A stretch of DNA of 64,000 bases, from sequence record OP310984.1, one strand, 5' to 3'. Position numbers and translations under genes: made by a program. This document shows positions 45,621-55,330 of this stretch, piece by piece; position 1 is the stretch's first letter, and the number at the start of each line of letters is the position of its first letter. The notes under the pieces are model-generated. The model was given only the letters and a program-made list of their open reading frames with translations, had not been told where the DNA came from and ran no database searches.

Positions 45621-45661
45621 GGTTATATCACCTATGTTAAATTAATGAATTATTTATTCAA

Positions 45662-46024
45662 TTACCGTACTACATCTGTGATTAGAATAAGTTCACCATC
45701 ACTATTGATAACACTATAGCTTTTTACAATTTCGATGCGCTTACTAATAATCTTATTCTCTAGATCTACTTTTACGATATTAACACGAATTACCTTATTC
45801 GATTGATCATGCATTTCTTTAAAAATGCATTCGATATTTTTACCAATGACAGCTTTTAATTTTTCAATGCTGTCAATGGATGAATATTTAAAACTATATG
45901 CTTCTGCCAGGGTTTTTGCATTACCCACAACCGTAGTTAGGGTACCCCAATAATCATAAACATACAACGCAGTATCACTATTGGGATTATCGATAATTTC
46001 AATTATAAAATCCACTTGTATCAC
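45662..46024 (-). CDS. Hypothetical early protein
   Basis: 120 aa; follows promoter at 46052. Confidence 0.65.
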   Translation of the reverse strand: MIQVDFIIEIIDNPNSDTALYVYDYWGTLTTVVGNAKTLAEAYSFKYSSIDSIEKLKAVIGKNIECIFKEMHDQSNKVIRVNIVKVDLENKIISKRIEIVKSYSVINSDGELILITDVVR

Positions 46025-46051
46025 TCCTATTAGTTTATTGATAGTACACTT

Positions 46052-46059
46052 GTAATATA
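46052..46059 (-). promoter_or_regulatory. Early promoter core TATATTAC
   Basis: Intergenic GTAATATA upstream of an AGGAG RBS. Confidence 0.7.
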
Positions 46060-46079
46060 GATCTTAAATAAATTATGAT

Positions 46080-46544
46080 CTAACCATTTAAAATAGATAA
46101 AGCCTCTATATGCCAATGGTGTATTAGTTCTTCTTTACTAATAATATTATTGAAGTAGTTTAACCGATGTGATACCATTAATTTAGAATGCATATCGACT
46201 TCACTACTTACCTTAATCACCCCAGTCTCTAATAATTGCAGAGAGCCAACATACGCAAATAAAGTTGGTTTTAAATACCAGTGTTCCCTATATTGTTTTT
46301 GATCAGGTACATTTCCTATAATGTAGTCAGTAGAATTACTTCGGTATGCGTAAATAGTTGATTTAGAACCAAGTAAATTAAGATCGATATCATAACTCCC
46401 GCTTTTAGCTGCAATACATTCAATAACTGATGGGGCCACACATATACGGTTGGTTACACTGTCTTCGCCATCAGCTCTATTACTTGGAATATATGGCCTT
46501 AATAAAACATAATCCCCAAGGTATACTGTCGATATGTGATACAT
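46080..46544 (-). CDS. Putative ADP-ribosyltransferase-fold protein
   Basis: YH...LRPYIP...EDSVTNRICVAPSVIECI...VPD...REHW pattern. Confidence 0.35.
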   Translation of the reverse strand: MYHISTVYLGDYVLLRPYIPSNRADGEDSVTNRICVAPSVIECIAAKSGSYDIDLNLLGSKSTIYAYRSNSTDYIIGNVPDQKQYREHWYLKPTLFAYVGSLQLLETGVIKVSSEVDMHSKLMVSHRLNYFNNIISKEELIHHWHIEALSILNG

Positions 46545-46559
46545 AATTAACCTATTTAA

Positions 46560-46808
46560 TTAAAACAGATAACGCTCTGTTACTGAACGATATTGTGACA
46601 TGATGTTTAATGGATCAACATCCACTGGTGCTTTAGTGACAGTTAAGCGAGCACCTTTTAAAAATTCACCAATATCTAATTTCCTTACAGTAACATCATG
46701 GATAGTGTTTTTCGTAATCCACTCAGTATCAATGCTATTGTGAGGATTATTATTCTTAATCCATTTGTCAGAGTCCCTAAATGGAATGGTATAAACATAC
46801 ACAACCAT
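46560..46808 (-). CDS. Hypothetical protein
   Basis: 82 aa in operon. Confidence 0.6.
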   Translation of the reverse strand: MVVYVYTIPFRDSDKWIKNNNPHNSIDTEWITKNTIHDVTVRKLDIGEFLKGARLTVTKAPVDVDPLNIMSQYRSVTERYLF

Positions 46809-46810
46809 TT

Positions 46811-47176
46811 TTAAAATATCGCTTTTATCGATATTATTTTGACAATAGATTCCATCAGTTCAATAGATACGGAATTTGAACTCTGAATAAGCTTACTTAC
46901 CTTCTCTAGTTCATCAAGGTCACTACCGCAAATTATACCAACATCACTGAAGCTGATAACTGGATAGTGTTTCCAAATATAAGAACGCAGTTTACCAAGA
47001 TGAATTACTTGAATTGTTTCATCGCACCATTGTTTCTTTTTCTTATTGTAGTATTTAACATGACGTTCGATGAAGACGCGATTACCAGAAACAGAGGGGT
47101 ATGTATTCAGTGCATAACCATACGTATGGGCGGTGTTATTTGGATCTTGTCGCCATTTTGGAATAAATGCTTTCAT
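46811..47176 (-). CDS. Hypothetical protein
   Basis: 121 aa; AAGGA RBS. Confidence 0.65.
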   Translation of the reverse strand: MKAFIPKWRQDPNNTAHTYGYALNTYPSVSGNRVFIERHVKYYNKKKKQWCDETIQVIHLGKLRSYIWKHYPVISFSDVGIICGSDLDELEKVSKLIQSSNSVSIELMESIVKIISIKAIF

Positions 47177-47234
47177 TTGTATTTTCCTTTTTACGAAATA
47201 GAAGCCCTCCCGAAGGAGGGCAATTATACTATTA

Positions 47235-47549
47235 TTAAATTACGTATCTAGCTACTTCTTTTAATTTCTCGCCGGGCGTGGCCAGATAATCGACATTATA
47301 TTTAATAGCAATTACACCAACGTGTTCTTTTCTCAATAGTTGTTCTACCTGATCACATAATTTATAAATAGTTCCATCTTCTACATCTTCGTATAATGGA
47401 TATTGGCTATAAATATTATCAGGTGTAAGTACAGACAGTTTCAATTCCCCGTCTTTATCAATGACTGGGTGATATGTCTGTTTAAGACCTTTACAATGAT
47501 AGTGATAGGTAATGCGCTGCTGTTTAGTGGTCATGTAAAGATACCTCAA
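47235..47549 (-). CDS. Hypothetical protein
   Basis: 104 aa; followed by UUCG terminator 47204-47221. Confidence 0.65.
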   Translation of the reverse strand: MRYLYMTTKQQRITYHYHCKGLKQTYHPVIDKDGELKLSVLTPDNIYSQYPLYEDVEDGTIYKLCDQVEQLLRKEHVGVIAIKYNVDYLATPGEKLKEVARYVI

Positions 47550-48067
47550 ATAAACCGTTGGGTAGTTCCGTCTTTAAAGACAGTTAGTTGATTAACATCT
47601 TTCAATGAATTATCTGCAATATTCTTAGCCAATAGCAGTAGATCATTGTGATATGTTTTAATGAGAACTTTAAGCCTCTCCCTCTGTTTATAGCGGAAAC
47701 CTTTATTAATCACAGTAACTCCATCCGGGTTATTTTTATAATTCAGTACAGTGATTGGTGTATTCGGTACAAAGACAGCTAACTCATCATCGAATACAAT
47801 ATAAACCATCACTTTATAATTATTAACCGATTCTTGGAATTGTTGTGTGATTACATTATAGTCTTTTGTGCGATGACTAAGAAATAGCTCTCTATTAGCT
47901 CGGCAGAAACTATGTCGTGCTTCTTTATCAGCACTCATAACAGCGATACCACGGATAATGAATTTATTATCTAAGGTATATTTTCTTTGAGACATTGCAT
48001 AATCGACTACATCAACATCACCGCCGAATAGTACGGCATTTTCACCATATCCACAAATAAGAGCCAT
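47546..48067 (-). CDS. Hypothetical protein
   Basis: 173 aa in operon. Confidence 0.65.
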   Translation of the reverse strand: MALICGYGENAVLFGGDVDVVDYAMSQRKYTLDNKFIIRGIAVMSADKEARHSFCRANRELFLSHRTKDYNVITQQFQESVNNYKVMVYIVFDDELAVFVPNTPITVLNYKNNPDGVTVINKGFRYKQRERLKVLIKTYHNDLLLLAKNIADNSLKDVNQLTVFKDGTTQRFI

Positions 48068-48081
48068 TTATAATTACCTGT

Positions 48082-48441
48082 TTAAAAATTATATTCAATA
48101 AATTGGAGAGTGAATAGTTCACTACATTCCCATGTACGACTTGCTAATTTATATTTACCTTTAACAGGTAAGTCATATTCATGTAATGCCTTTTCTACTG
48201 AACCTGCCTCATGATTGGCTAATAGCACCTGTCTAGCTTTTATGATTTCTGAGCAATTAACTAACTCATAATCATCTCGCTTTGGTGTCCAAATGGCAAC
48301 ATTGGTGCCTGGCTTTCTAGCATACCAGAGTACATCATGGCCCTCTGGATTAATAATAGAGATGTATAGCTGACGTGCAGCGGGTAACCATAAGTTACGT
48401 GGATCATATTCTCCATTAACATCAAAGAATTTAAATATCAT
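48082..48441 (-). CDS. Hypothetical protein
   Basis: 119 aa in operon. Confidence 0.65.
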   Translation of the reverse strand: MIFKFFDVNGEYDPRNLWLPAARQLYISIINPEGHDVLWYARKPGTNVAIWTPKRDDYELVNCSEIIKARQVLLANHEAGSVEKALHEYDLPVKGKYKLASRTWECSELFTLQFIEYNF

Positions 48442-48677
48442 AGAGTTGGAACCGGTTTTGATGGATCAGCAATTAATGCAGATTCATCTACATAAACCAT
48501 TGCAAAGTTTTCACCTTCTTTACGAATACCAGTAGAAGGTGTTTTCGATGGATCATAGACGATGATCTGACACTGCTGCCCAGCTGTTAAATAAGTTGGA
48601 CCAGTTAATGCATTGGGTTTTGGGTGAGGGATATCAATTTTAGTAATACAATATTGACCAGTACGAAACTCACGCAT
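48438..48677 (-). CDS. Small SH3-like beta-barrel protein
   Basis: FRTGQYCITKIDI...LTAGQQCQII pattern. Confidence 0.4.
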   Translation of the reverse strand: MREFRTGQYCITKIDIPHPKPNALTGPTYLTAGQQCQIIVYDPSKTPSTGIRKEGENFAMVYVDESALIADPSKPVPTL

Positions 48678-48689
48678 TATATTAACCTC

Positions 48690-49376
48690 TTAATGAATAA
48701 TTGCAGTAGAAGGACGACATGTCATAGTTTTGAAAATATCTGTCGGATAGATATTACCAGCCTGTCCAAATGGTTTATCCGCTAAAAGAAATTGTGGGCA
48801 AACTGTTTGCAGGTAACCACTGTCGGTAGGTAGGAATCCTTCAATATCGCTAATGAGAATTTGCCAAATTGGTAATTGGTTATAATAGTCATCCATATTG
48901 TAATACGCATGTAGTTTACCACCAAAGCCATAAACAAATTGATGCGCATCAATTGGACGAATACCAAACTTTGGTTGCCGACCCATTCGTTGATCTTCTT
49001 CGAATGCGCTTAGAAGATCTGCAATTTCTACACCACCTGTAATTTGCTTAACTTCTTTTAATTTTTCAAAAATAGCATAGATGGTGTTAATAGCTGATTC
49101 CTTAGTAATACAAGCAGTGATTACTAGTTCGGGAAACAGAGGATCTTCTTTATTACATCCGCACGTGTAATATACAACATTTGAACCAATATCACCATCT
49201 CGTTCAAGCACAACAAATGATTGCTTGGACCGTTTCATTTGTTCTTCGATTAACTTCCGACTATTTTCACGAATAGCTGAATATTCATTACTAGTCTTAA
49301 AAATAGGTGCTTTATAGTCTGTTCCTTTCGGCTCTACTAAATCACTTGCCGATTTGATAATTAATGGATTACTCAT
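48690..49376 (-). CDS. DUF4262-like protein
   Basis: YYTCG...PELVIT and WQILISDIEGFLP...Y...PQFL match the recalled family pattern. Confidence 0.55.
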   Translation of the reverse strand: MSNPLIIKSASDLVEPKGTDYKAPIFKTSNEYSAIRENSRKLIEEQMKRSKQSFVVLERDGDIGSNVVYYTCGCNKEDPLFPELVITACITKESAINTIYAIFEKLKEVKQITGGVEIADLLSAFEEDQRMGRQPKFGIRPIDAHQFVYGFGGKLHAYYNMDDYYNQLPIWQILISDIEGFLPTDSGYLQTVCPQFLLADKPFGQAGNIYPTDIFKTMTCRPSTAIIH

Positions 49377-49421
49377 TATATATTTCCTTTTCTTAAATAA
49401 GAAAGGGAGGTATTATCCTCC

Positions 49422-49757
49422 CTAATTAAGCATTAGATATTTAGGTTCAGTAGTGGCTCGGATCTTAGCAATAAGTGCTTTCTGATCACTAACCTTACTA
49501 ACGGGATATTCTAATAAACGTAAATCCATATCCCGTTGTACTAAACCCAACATTGCCTTATTTTGATGACTATTCCTACGTAATGCTGCGATATGTTTAT
49601 CAACTTCATTACTAACAGTCTTTGAAAGCCCTACCAAATACTTCCCAGTTGCAATGTGTTCAATAACATAAACACCTGCTCCAACTATTTCGCTTCTTTT
49701 CCCACGACCGTGCGAAGTACTTGACCAACTATAACACTTATCATCAACTATAAACAT
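49422..49757 (-). CDS. Stand-alone GIY-YIG-like nuclease domain
   Basis: GVYVIEHIATGKYLVG and HIAALRRNSHQN. Confidence 0.6.
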   Translation of the reverse strand: MFIVDDKCYSWSSTSHGRGKRSEIVGAGVYVIEHIATGKYLVGLSKTVSNEVDKHIAALRRNSHQNKAMLGLVQRDMDLRLLEYPVSKVSDQKALIAKIRATTEPKYLMLN

Positions 49758-49800
49758 GGTTAATTCCCGTCCTATAACTATCTAATTGGACGGTCAAGTA

Positions 49801-50163
49801 TTAGCTACCAGTCCATGAATACTTATCATAAACTAACCACATTGAATGGATCTTATTGATGATATTAAAAATAGGTTCTTGGACCTCTTCAAAATCACCT
49901 AGATCAGCTGCCAGATTGGCCATATATTGGAATAGCCACTCAATTGATACATCCACTAGATTGGTAAATGGGATACTAGTATATGGGATTTGCTTTGACA
50001 TACCAAACTGATAAATCTTAGCAAACCATGCATCCAACATTGCAACATCTGCTTTAAGCATCCAATTAATTTCAGCAGGATGTGCACCATAGGTGATGTT
50101 AAACAAATCACCAGTAACTGTTTTAACTAGCATCTCTATTTCAGTCGCATTAAATTCAATCAT
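49801..50163 (-). CDS. Hypothetical protein
   Basis: 120 aa in operon. Confidence 0.65.
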   Translation of the reverse strand: MIEFNATEIEMLVKTVTGDLFNITYGAHPAEINWMLKADVAMLDAWFAKIYQFGMSKQIPYTSIPFTNLVDVSIEWLFQYMANLAADLGDFEEVQEPIFNIINKIHSMWLVYDKYSWTGS

Positions 50164-50164
50164 C

Positions 50165-50542
50165 TCAACCCACCTTTAGTTTACTGCAATATAGTCTAAA
50201 CTTAAGAATATCCTCTACTAAGTTAGACCACAGGGTATACCTATTTCGTGATGCATTTACTTCTTCAATCTTAGCATTTATATTTTGGCGAAGAACTTTG
50301 TAATGCTGATATGCATTAGTCGCATGTTTAGAGAACATGATAATAATATCATCAGGACTTTTATTTAGCAGATCAGCTAGTGAATCATCGTCATATATTT
50401 CAATAAGCGTATTAACGATACGATGATGAAGATGGGTTAGTAATTGGTAAATATGATATTCGCTACCAATATAATTACCTTTTATAAAAGCTCTTTTACT
50501 GTAGAAGATCTGTGCAGTATCTCTTACGCATTCAAGTTTCAT
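50165..50542 (-). CDS. Hypothetical protein
   Basis: 125 aa in operon. Confidence 0.65.
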   Translation of the reverse strand: MKLECVRDTAQIFYSKRAFIKGNYIGSEYHIYQLLTHLHHRIVNTLIEIYDDDSLADLLNKSPDDIIIMFSKHATNAYQHYKVLRQNINAKIEEVNASRNRYTLWSNLVEDILKFRLYCSKLKVG

Positions 50543-50751
50543 TGTGCATTAACCTGATGTAGATGAACATAAAATCCATTACTAGGGCCACTATTAGATG
50601 GATAAACTAACAGATGGTCTCCATTAACAGATTCGACTATAACTATAGTGCCAGCTTTGCATAGTGTAAGATCATAACCGCATTCACCGGTGCTATTAAT
50701 AATATCTGTATTGACTACAACTTTGTCACCGGCTTTAAATGAATTTGACAT
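50539..50751 (-). CDS. Small SH3/KOW-like protein
   Basis: FKAGDKVVVNTDI...CKAGTIVIVESV. Confidence 0.5.
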   Translation of the reverse strand: MSNSFKAGDKVVVNTDIINSTGECGYDLTLCKAGTIVIVESVNGDHLLVYPSNSGPSNGFYVHLHQVNAQ

Positions 50752-50759
50752 ATATCACC

Positions 50760-51062
50760 TCAGTTATATGCGTGAAGAATATCATCCATATCTGTACATT
50801 GTACAGTTTCAATTTGATTATAATTGTCGGCATTTAAAACTCTAAAGCCGCCTTCGGGATTACCCTCATCAACACCTAATACGGTTAGGTCATCACCTTC
50901 ATTAGCAAACTTCCATTCTAAATAGCCATTCTTTTTACAAGTACGCATGATCCAAATATCCTGTGTTGCTTGTAGAATCATACCTACTTGAACTTTATTC
51001 TTAGCGATAAGACTAATACCATTAGCTAGCACGTTTGCTAGACAGCTCACTGTTGTACTCAT
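50760..51062 (-). CDS. Small SH3-like protein
   Basis: VQVGMILQATQDI...ANEGDDLTVLGV. Confidence 0.45.
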   Translation of the reverse strand: MSTTVSCLANVLANGISLIAKNKVQVGMILQATQDIWIMRTCKKNGYLEWKFANEGDDLTVLGVDEGNPEGGFRVLNADNYNQIETVQCTDMDDILHAYN

Positions 51063-51354
51063 TTCTTTTTACCTCTTTACCACTTTTATCTTCAGTTAAC
51101 CATGACTTGTTAAAGATACTATTTATGATGGGATTGAATTTCGGTGATTCTTTCTTTTTCTGATCTATATCCATCGATATCACCTATACTAATAATTTTA
51201 TTAATACCAACTAATGTACTACTTAAAATAGCTATAATCAAAAACAGTGCTACATATTTGATTCCTTCCATTTTGAGTACCTCAAATAATGATTATCTAA
51301 CTTAGCATGGTTATTATATATTTTTAAATTTACTTATAATAAACCATTTATGCA

Positions 51355-51657
51355 TTATGGCAATAGTTCACTGTATTTAGAATAGTTGTCAATCACCCAT
51401 TGATTAGACATATACTTAGGAGTATCACCTAGTAGTTTAGTATAGGTTAGAAGATAGATTATTTGTGCTTTATTAAAGTCTAATCCAGCCTCTTCCCAAC
51501 CATTACGGTACTGCTCCACCTTATCACCATGTGCGCTAATGAGCCCAGTACAGGACTCAATATACCGGTCTTCACCAGCGAATACAGTACTAATGAACTT
51601 ATCGGTATTAGCCAACATATACGACGCCGAGTCAATTACCTTATTATTCATTTTCAT
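51355..51657 (-). CDS. Hypothetical protein
   Basis: 100 aa. Confidence 0.65.
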   Translation of the reverse strand: MKMNNKVIDSASYMLANTDKFISTVFAGEDRYIESCTGLISAHGDKVEQYRNGWEEAGLDFNKAQIIYLLTYTKLLGDTPKYMSNQWVIDNYSKYSELLP

Positions 51658-51719
51658 TTGAATATACCTGTTTATATAAAGGGATATAAAAGCCTCCCCG
51701 AAGGGAGGCCATTATGACG

Positions 51720-52151
51720 TTACATTGTGAAACGAATTGACACACCACAAATAGGACTATTAGAATCTGTCCAAATTTTAGCTGTACCATCATTTTTAAT
51801 AGTTACACAATAACCCCAGCGAAGGTTATTTATTTTAGTGGTATACCCACTTTTAAATACAGTCATGTCTTTATAAAGCTGTGGGATAGTTGGTACTTTT
51901 TTAGACTGCATTTTACCAGATAAATCACGATAGTAGAGTTTATCTACAATCACATTATCGAATTTTTTATAATCACCAAAGACTTCAGATAGATTGAACT
52001 CTACCCCATCTGTTTTTAGTGGGGCAGTCATAAAACTACCTTGCTCAGTTGTAACCATGCTGATAGCAACATCATGGTCTAATAGAAATCGAGTTTCACC
52101 ATTAGTTTTCTTATATACTGGGAAACTTCCTAGCTGTTGTAGAACACTCAT
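51720..52151 (-). CDS. Hypothetical protein
   Basis: 143 aa; AGGAG RBS; UUCG terminator 51692-51709. Confidence 0.7.
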   Translation of the reverse strand: MSVLQQLGSFPVYKKTNGETRFLLDHDVAISMVTTEQGSFMTAPLKTDGVEFNLSEVFGDYKKFDNVIVDKLYYRDLSGKMQSKKVPTIPQLYKDMTVFKSGYTTKINNLRWGYCVTIKNDGTAKIWTDSNSPICGVSIRFTM

Positions 52152-52187
52152 TATTAACTCCTGATTGATGGTCTATAAAATTGACCA

Positions 52188-52634
52188 TTATAAACCTTTA
52201 TAGCATTCTACACTAATTTTCTTTATGACCATATCAAACTCACTATCAACATACTCATTGTCATGATAGTACTCATCTGAATAACCGATGAGTTTTTTCT
52301 GGTTATGATAATTTAAAAAGAAAATAACACGCATTACAATACAAGCATGTTCGGGATGATTAAGATATAATTCTTTCTTATCTAGGTCTAAATAAAGTGT
52401 TTTTATTTGAACTGGTTCATTAGTGAAAACTAGTTTTACAGGGTTATCCAGCTGTATTACTTTGGGTTCACTATTAAAAAATGTATCACCGGATTCACCT
52501 AAGTAATACGTAATTGATTTAACATAATAGGCTATATCTTCGGTTTTCTCTAACCGAGTTATACAATAGCCGGTTATGACTGAAAGAACAAACAATGATA
52601 AAATAACTAATATTATCTCAGTCACATTGACCAC
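52188..52634 (-). CDS. Membrane-anchored hypothetical protein
   Basis: N-terminal TM IILVILSLFVLSVITGYCI. Confidence 0.65.
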   Translation of the reverse strand: MVNVTEIILVILSLFVLSVITGYCITRLEKTEDIAYYVKSITYYLGESGDTFFNSEPKVIQLDNPVKLVFTNEPVQIKTLYLDLDKKELYLNHPEHACIVMRVIFFLNYHNQKKLIGYSDEYYHDNEYVDSEFDMVIKKISVECYKGL

Positions 52635-52914
52635 CTATGTAAAGTGTTGTTATATCGATACACTGTGAAACAGAATGTTTACGTGGAATAAATATTTCAT
52701 CGATGGTTAAATCATCATCAATGGGTTGAATACTTTCTAATCTACCAAATCCATCACAGTTAAATTTAAGTGCTGGATAACCTTCAATACCCATGCTAAC
52801 CCAGCTATTATTCTGTTTAGTTACATGGTTGAATTTAAAATTACGCATCTTTCCTAGAAATTCAATTGTCCATGTAGCATCCTTCTGTTTCTTCAAATGG
52901 TAATATTTATTCAT
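52618..52914 (-). CDS. Hypothetical protein
   Basis: 98 aa. Confidence 0.6.
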   Translation of the reverse strand: MNKYYHLKKQKDATWTIEFLGKMRNFKFNHVTKQNNSWVSMGIEGYPALKFNCDGFGRLESIQPIDDDLTIDEIFIPRKHSVSQCIDITTLYIGGQCD

Positions 52915-52992
52915 TAGTATTCACCATTATTAAGATTAGTTTCATTCTATTAAATAGATAGGGGGTCTTTAGACCCCCATTTTCATAATTAA

Positions 52993-53412
52993 TTAGAATG
53001 CAGAAATGGTCAACTCATTGCACTTAACGGCAGCGAGTTTTTCCCAATTTTCTTCATGTTCCATCAAGCATTCAATTACAACATGCATGGACCATGACTC
53101 GCCATCAATATTTGCAAATACAAAGAAACCATCATCAAGCTCAGTAATGCCACTAATCAGATTATTTTTGATCAGGTAGACCAATTGATCATTAACGATT
53201 TTAACTTCATGATCAATGAGATGGCTGGCATATTTGCTAGTGATATCAAACACTTCTTTTGATGAAAGTGATCCATCGCGTTTGACGGCAGTTAGGCTCC
53301 AATTAACCAAAGACGGTGAACACCAATGAAGACCATGCACATTCATCAAAACTGGATGTTTGTTATCCATAGCTTTTACAGAATGAGCCCAGTACTTTTC
53401 ATCAATATACAT
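52993..53412 (-). CDS. Hypothetical protein
   Basis: 139 aa; AAGGA RBS. Confidence 0.7.
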   Translation of the reverse strand: MYIDEKYWAHSVKAMDNKHPVLMNVHGLHWCSPSLVNWSLTAVKRDGSLSSKEVFDITSKYASHLIDHEVKIVNDQLVYLIKNNLISGITELDDGFFVFANIDGESWSMHVVIECLMEHEENWEKLAAVKCNELTISAF

Positions 53413-53438
53413 TTATATTTCCTTTTTTTCCAGATTGA

Positions 53439-53717
53439 TTATTTTATTACAATGCCTTCAGCATTGCGTACTGCTTCTTTAGCAAATTGAACATCTCCAA
53501 ATACATGTTCAATAAACTTTGATGCATCTGACCCAGCTACATCGCTTGATAGTAGTTTCACAGTCTTGGTAATCTTACCAGGATAATAGAGGATGATATC
53601 CCATCCATCACTTTCTTTAACAGAGCGAATTTTTAGAATAGGCTCTTCTTTACCAAGGTGTTCAAGACTAACACCACTTTTGACAGCGGCTTCATATACT
53701 ACATCAGAGATAGACAT
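53439..53717 (-). CDS. Hypothetical protein
   Basis: 92 aa. Confidence 0.65.
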   Translation of the reverse strand: MSISDVVYEAAVKSGVSLEHLGKEEPILKIRSVKESDGWDIILYYPGKITKTVKLLSSDVAGSDASKFIEHVFGDVQFAKEAVRNAEGIVIK

Positions 53718-53744
53718 ATTAGTTACCTTCTTAAAAGAAAGCGG

Positions 53745-53978
53745 TCATGCGACCGCATCTTTAATCAGCAAGATAATTCGCGCTGATGGTTCGCGCCAAA
53801 ATTCAATACGTACATTATTGAACTGGCTATCGTGATGCATAAAAGCTGACGATTGCTTTGCTGCATCGTGATTCATAATAGAACGTAGCTGGATAATATT
53901 TTTGTCTTTGAGTCGGATACCATCCAGATCAATGACTTTCAGTCCAGAGTTCATAGTTTTTACAGTTACATGTTGCAT
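53745..53978 (-). CDS. Hypothetical protein
   Basis: 77 aa; AAGGA RBS. Confidence 0.65.
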   Translation of the reverse strand: MQHVTVKTMNSGLKVIDLDGIRLKDKNIIQLRSIMNHDAAKQSSAFMHHDSQFNNVRIEFWREPSARIILLIKDAVA

Positions 53979-54029
53979 TTACAATTTCCTTTTAGTTGGA
54001 TTAAAAATCTGTTAAACTTCTTTTATAAG

Positions 54030-54452
54030 TTATTTCGGTTTTGCGATAGCTTTAATGAGTTCCTGTTCAAGTTGCACGAGTTCATCATCTGCGATGTCGC
54101 GTGAAACACACATACACCGTCCTGGTCGTTTATACCAAGTAATGCAGACATCACGCCAAATAAGCGCACCTTCATCGATATCATTGAGCCTGAAAGTCTT
54201 TAGCTCGTCAGTGTTAAGAGAAGGACCACCAGGATAAGGATAAAATCTTTCGTAATCAATTCCACTATATTTCATCACTAGGGCATATAGTGGTGGTTGA
54301 ACCATTTTCCAATATGAAGCTAATTTAATATCCTCACTTGGTACAGATGCCCAATACTCTTTTTCTGCTTCATCCATTTCTTCTGGTTTAGGAAGTCCAC
54401 CAATCAGGCAATATGCATGTTCAGCAACTTCAACTAAGCGTGTATTTTTCAT
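54030..54452 (-). CDS. Hypothetical protein
   Basis: 140 aa. Confidence 0.65.
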   Translation of the reverse strand: MKNTRLVEVAEHAYCLIGGLPKPEEMDEAEKEYWASVPSEDIKLASYWKMVQPPLYALVMKYSGIDYERFYPYPGGPSLNTDELKTFRLNDIDEGALIWRDVCITWYKRPGRCMCVSRDIADDELVQLEQELIKAIAKPK

Positions 54453-54793
54453 AGCTTAATCCTAATCTTTGTAATACCGCAATCGTGCTCACCGAACTCG
54501 ACTTTTCTCCAGCCCGCTTCACGCAATCGTGCTTTAACAACCTTCATTACAGATGGAGCAATTTCATCCTTATGTTCGACAACAATTTCATAACTGCGAA
54601 TAAAATGGAAGTTGTTGAAACCAGGTAGGTCTTCAAGCATCTTTCTCCGAATACCCGCACAGACTTCATTGGCTTGCCGTTCAACCAACATTGCATGAAT
54701 TTCATTTTTGGTCGGAATAGAGCAATTGCCAGTTTCTATTTGAAGAGTTTTGATTGCATTTTCCAAAAGAGATTTTGAAATACCAAGAGTCAT
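54449..54793 (-). CDS. Hypothetical protein
   Basis: 114 aa. Confidence 0.65.
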   Translation of the reverse strand: MTLGISKSLLENAIKTLQIETGNCSIPTKNEIHAMLVERQANEVCAGIRRKMLEDLPGFNNFHFIRSYEIVVEHKDEIAPSVMKVVKARLREAGWRKVEFGEHDCGITKIRIKL

Positions 54794-54846
54794 CGTATCA
54801 GTTCCCCGTGAGTTAAATAAATTTTAATACGCGTTTTGATGGTTTA

Positions 54847-55206
54847 TTATTTACCAATAGATACAATTACCTCTTTTAATTTACCATGGTCATTAATTGC
54901 CATCTGACAAGTGGGGCACGGATACGCATCCAATGGCCTGCCATCAGCACCGACCCGCGCAACATAGATCCTATATCCTTTTCCTTTGGAGAGGATGATA
55001 GAACGCAACTCACTATGCATCTCACAACGTAGATCAGACAATCCTGCTTTTAGAGAATAACGTTTCTGAACAGGATGTGTTTTACCATACATATTTTGGC
55101 TTTCACTAATAATCCTGCCACGCTTATCAGTAATGACTGAATAAACACGTTGACGATGTTTTACATAAGGGATCTCGCGACACTTTTCCAAAGCATAATC
55201 CAACAT
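54847..55206 (-). CDS. Zinc-dependent cytidine/dCMP-deaminase-fold protein
   Basis: HSE and PCPTC motifs; start moved to MLDYALEK, downstream of the early promoter at 55250. Confidence 0.75.
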   Translation of the reverse strand: MLDYALEKCREIPYVKHRQRVYSVITDKRGRIISESQNMYGKTHPVQKRYSLKAGLSDLRCEMHSELRSIILSKGKGYRIYVARVGADGRPLDAYPCPTCQMAINDHGKLKEVIVSIGK

Positions 55207-55249
55207 AATTGATTTACCTATTTGAAATTTAGATAGTTTTATCACATTT

Positions 55250-55257
55250 GTAATATA
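55250..55257 (-). promoter_or_regulatory. Early promoter core TATATTAC
   Basis: GTAATATA plus ctgtttaaaatgctttaaat flank, directly after a terminator. Confidence 0.75.
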
Positions 55258-55330
55258 CTGTTTAAAATGCTTTAAATACAAAAAAATAAAATATAAGCCC
55301 TCCCGCAATGGGAGGGCAATATAATAACTA

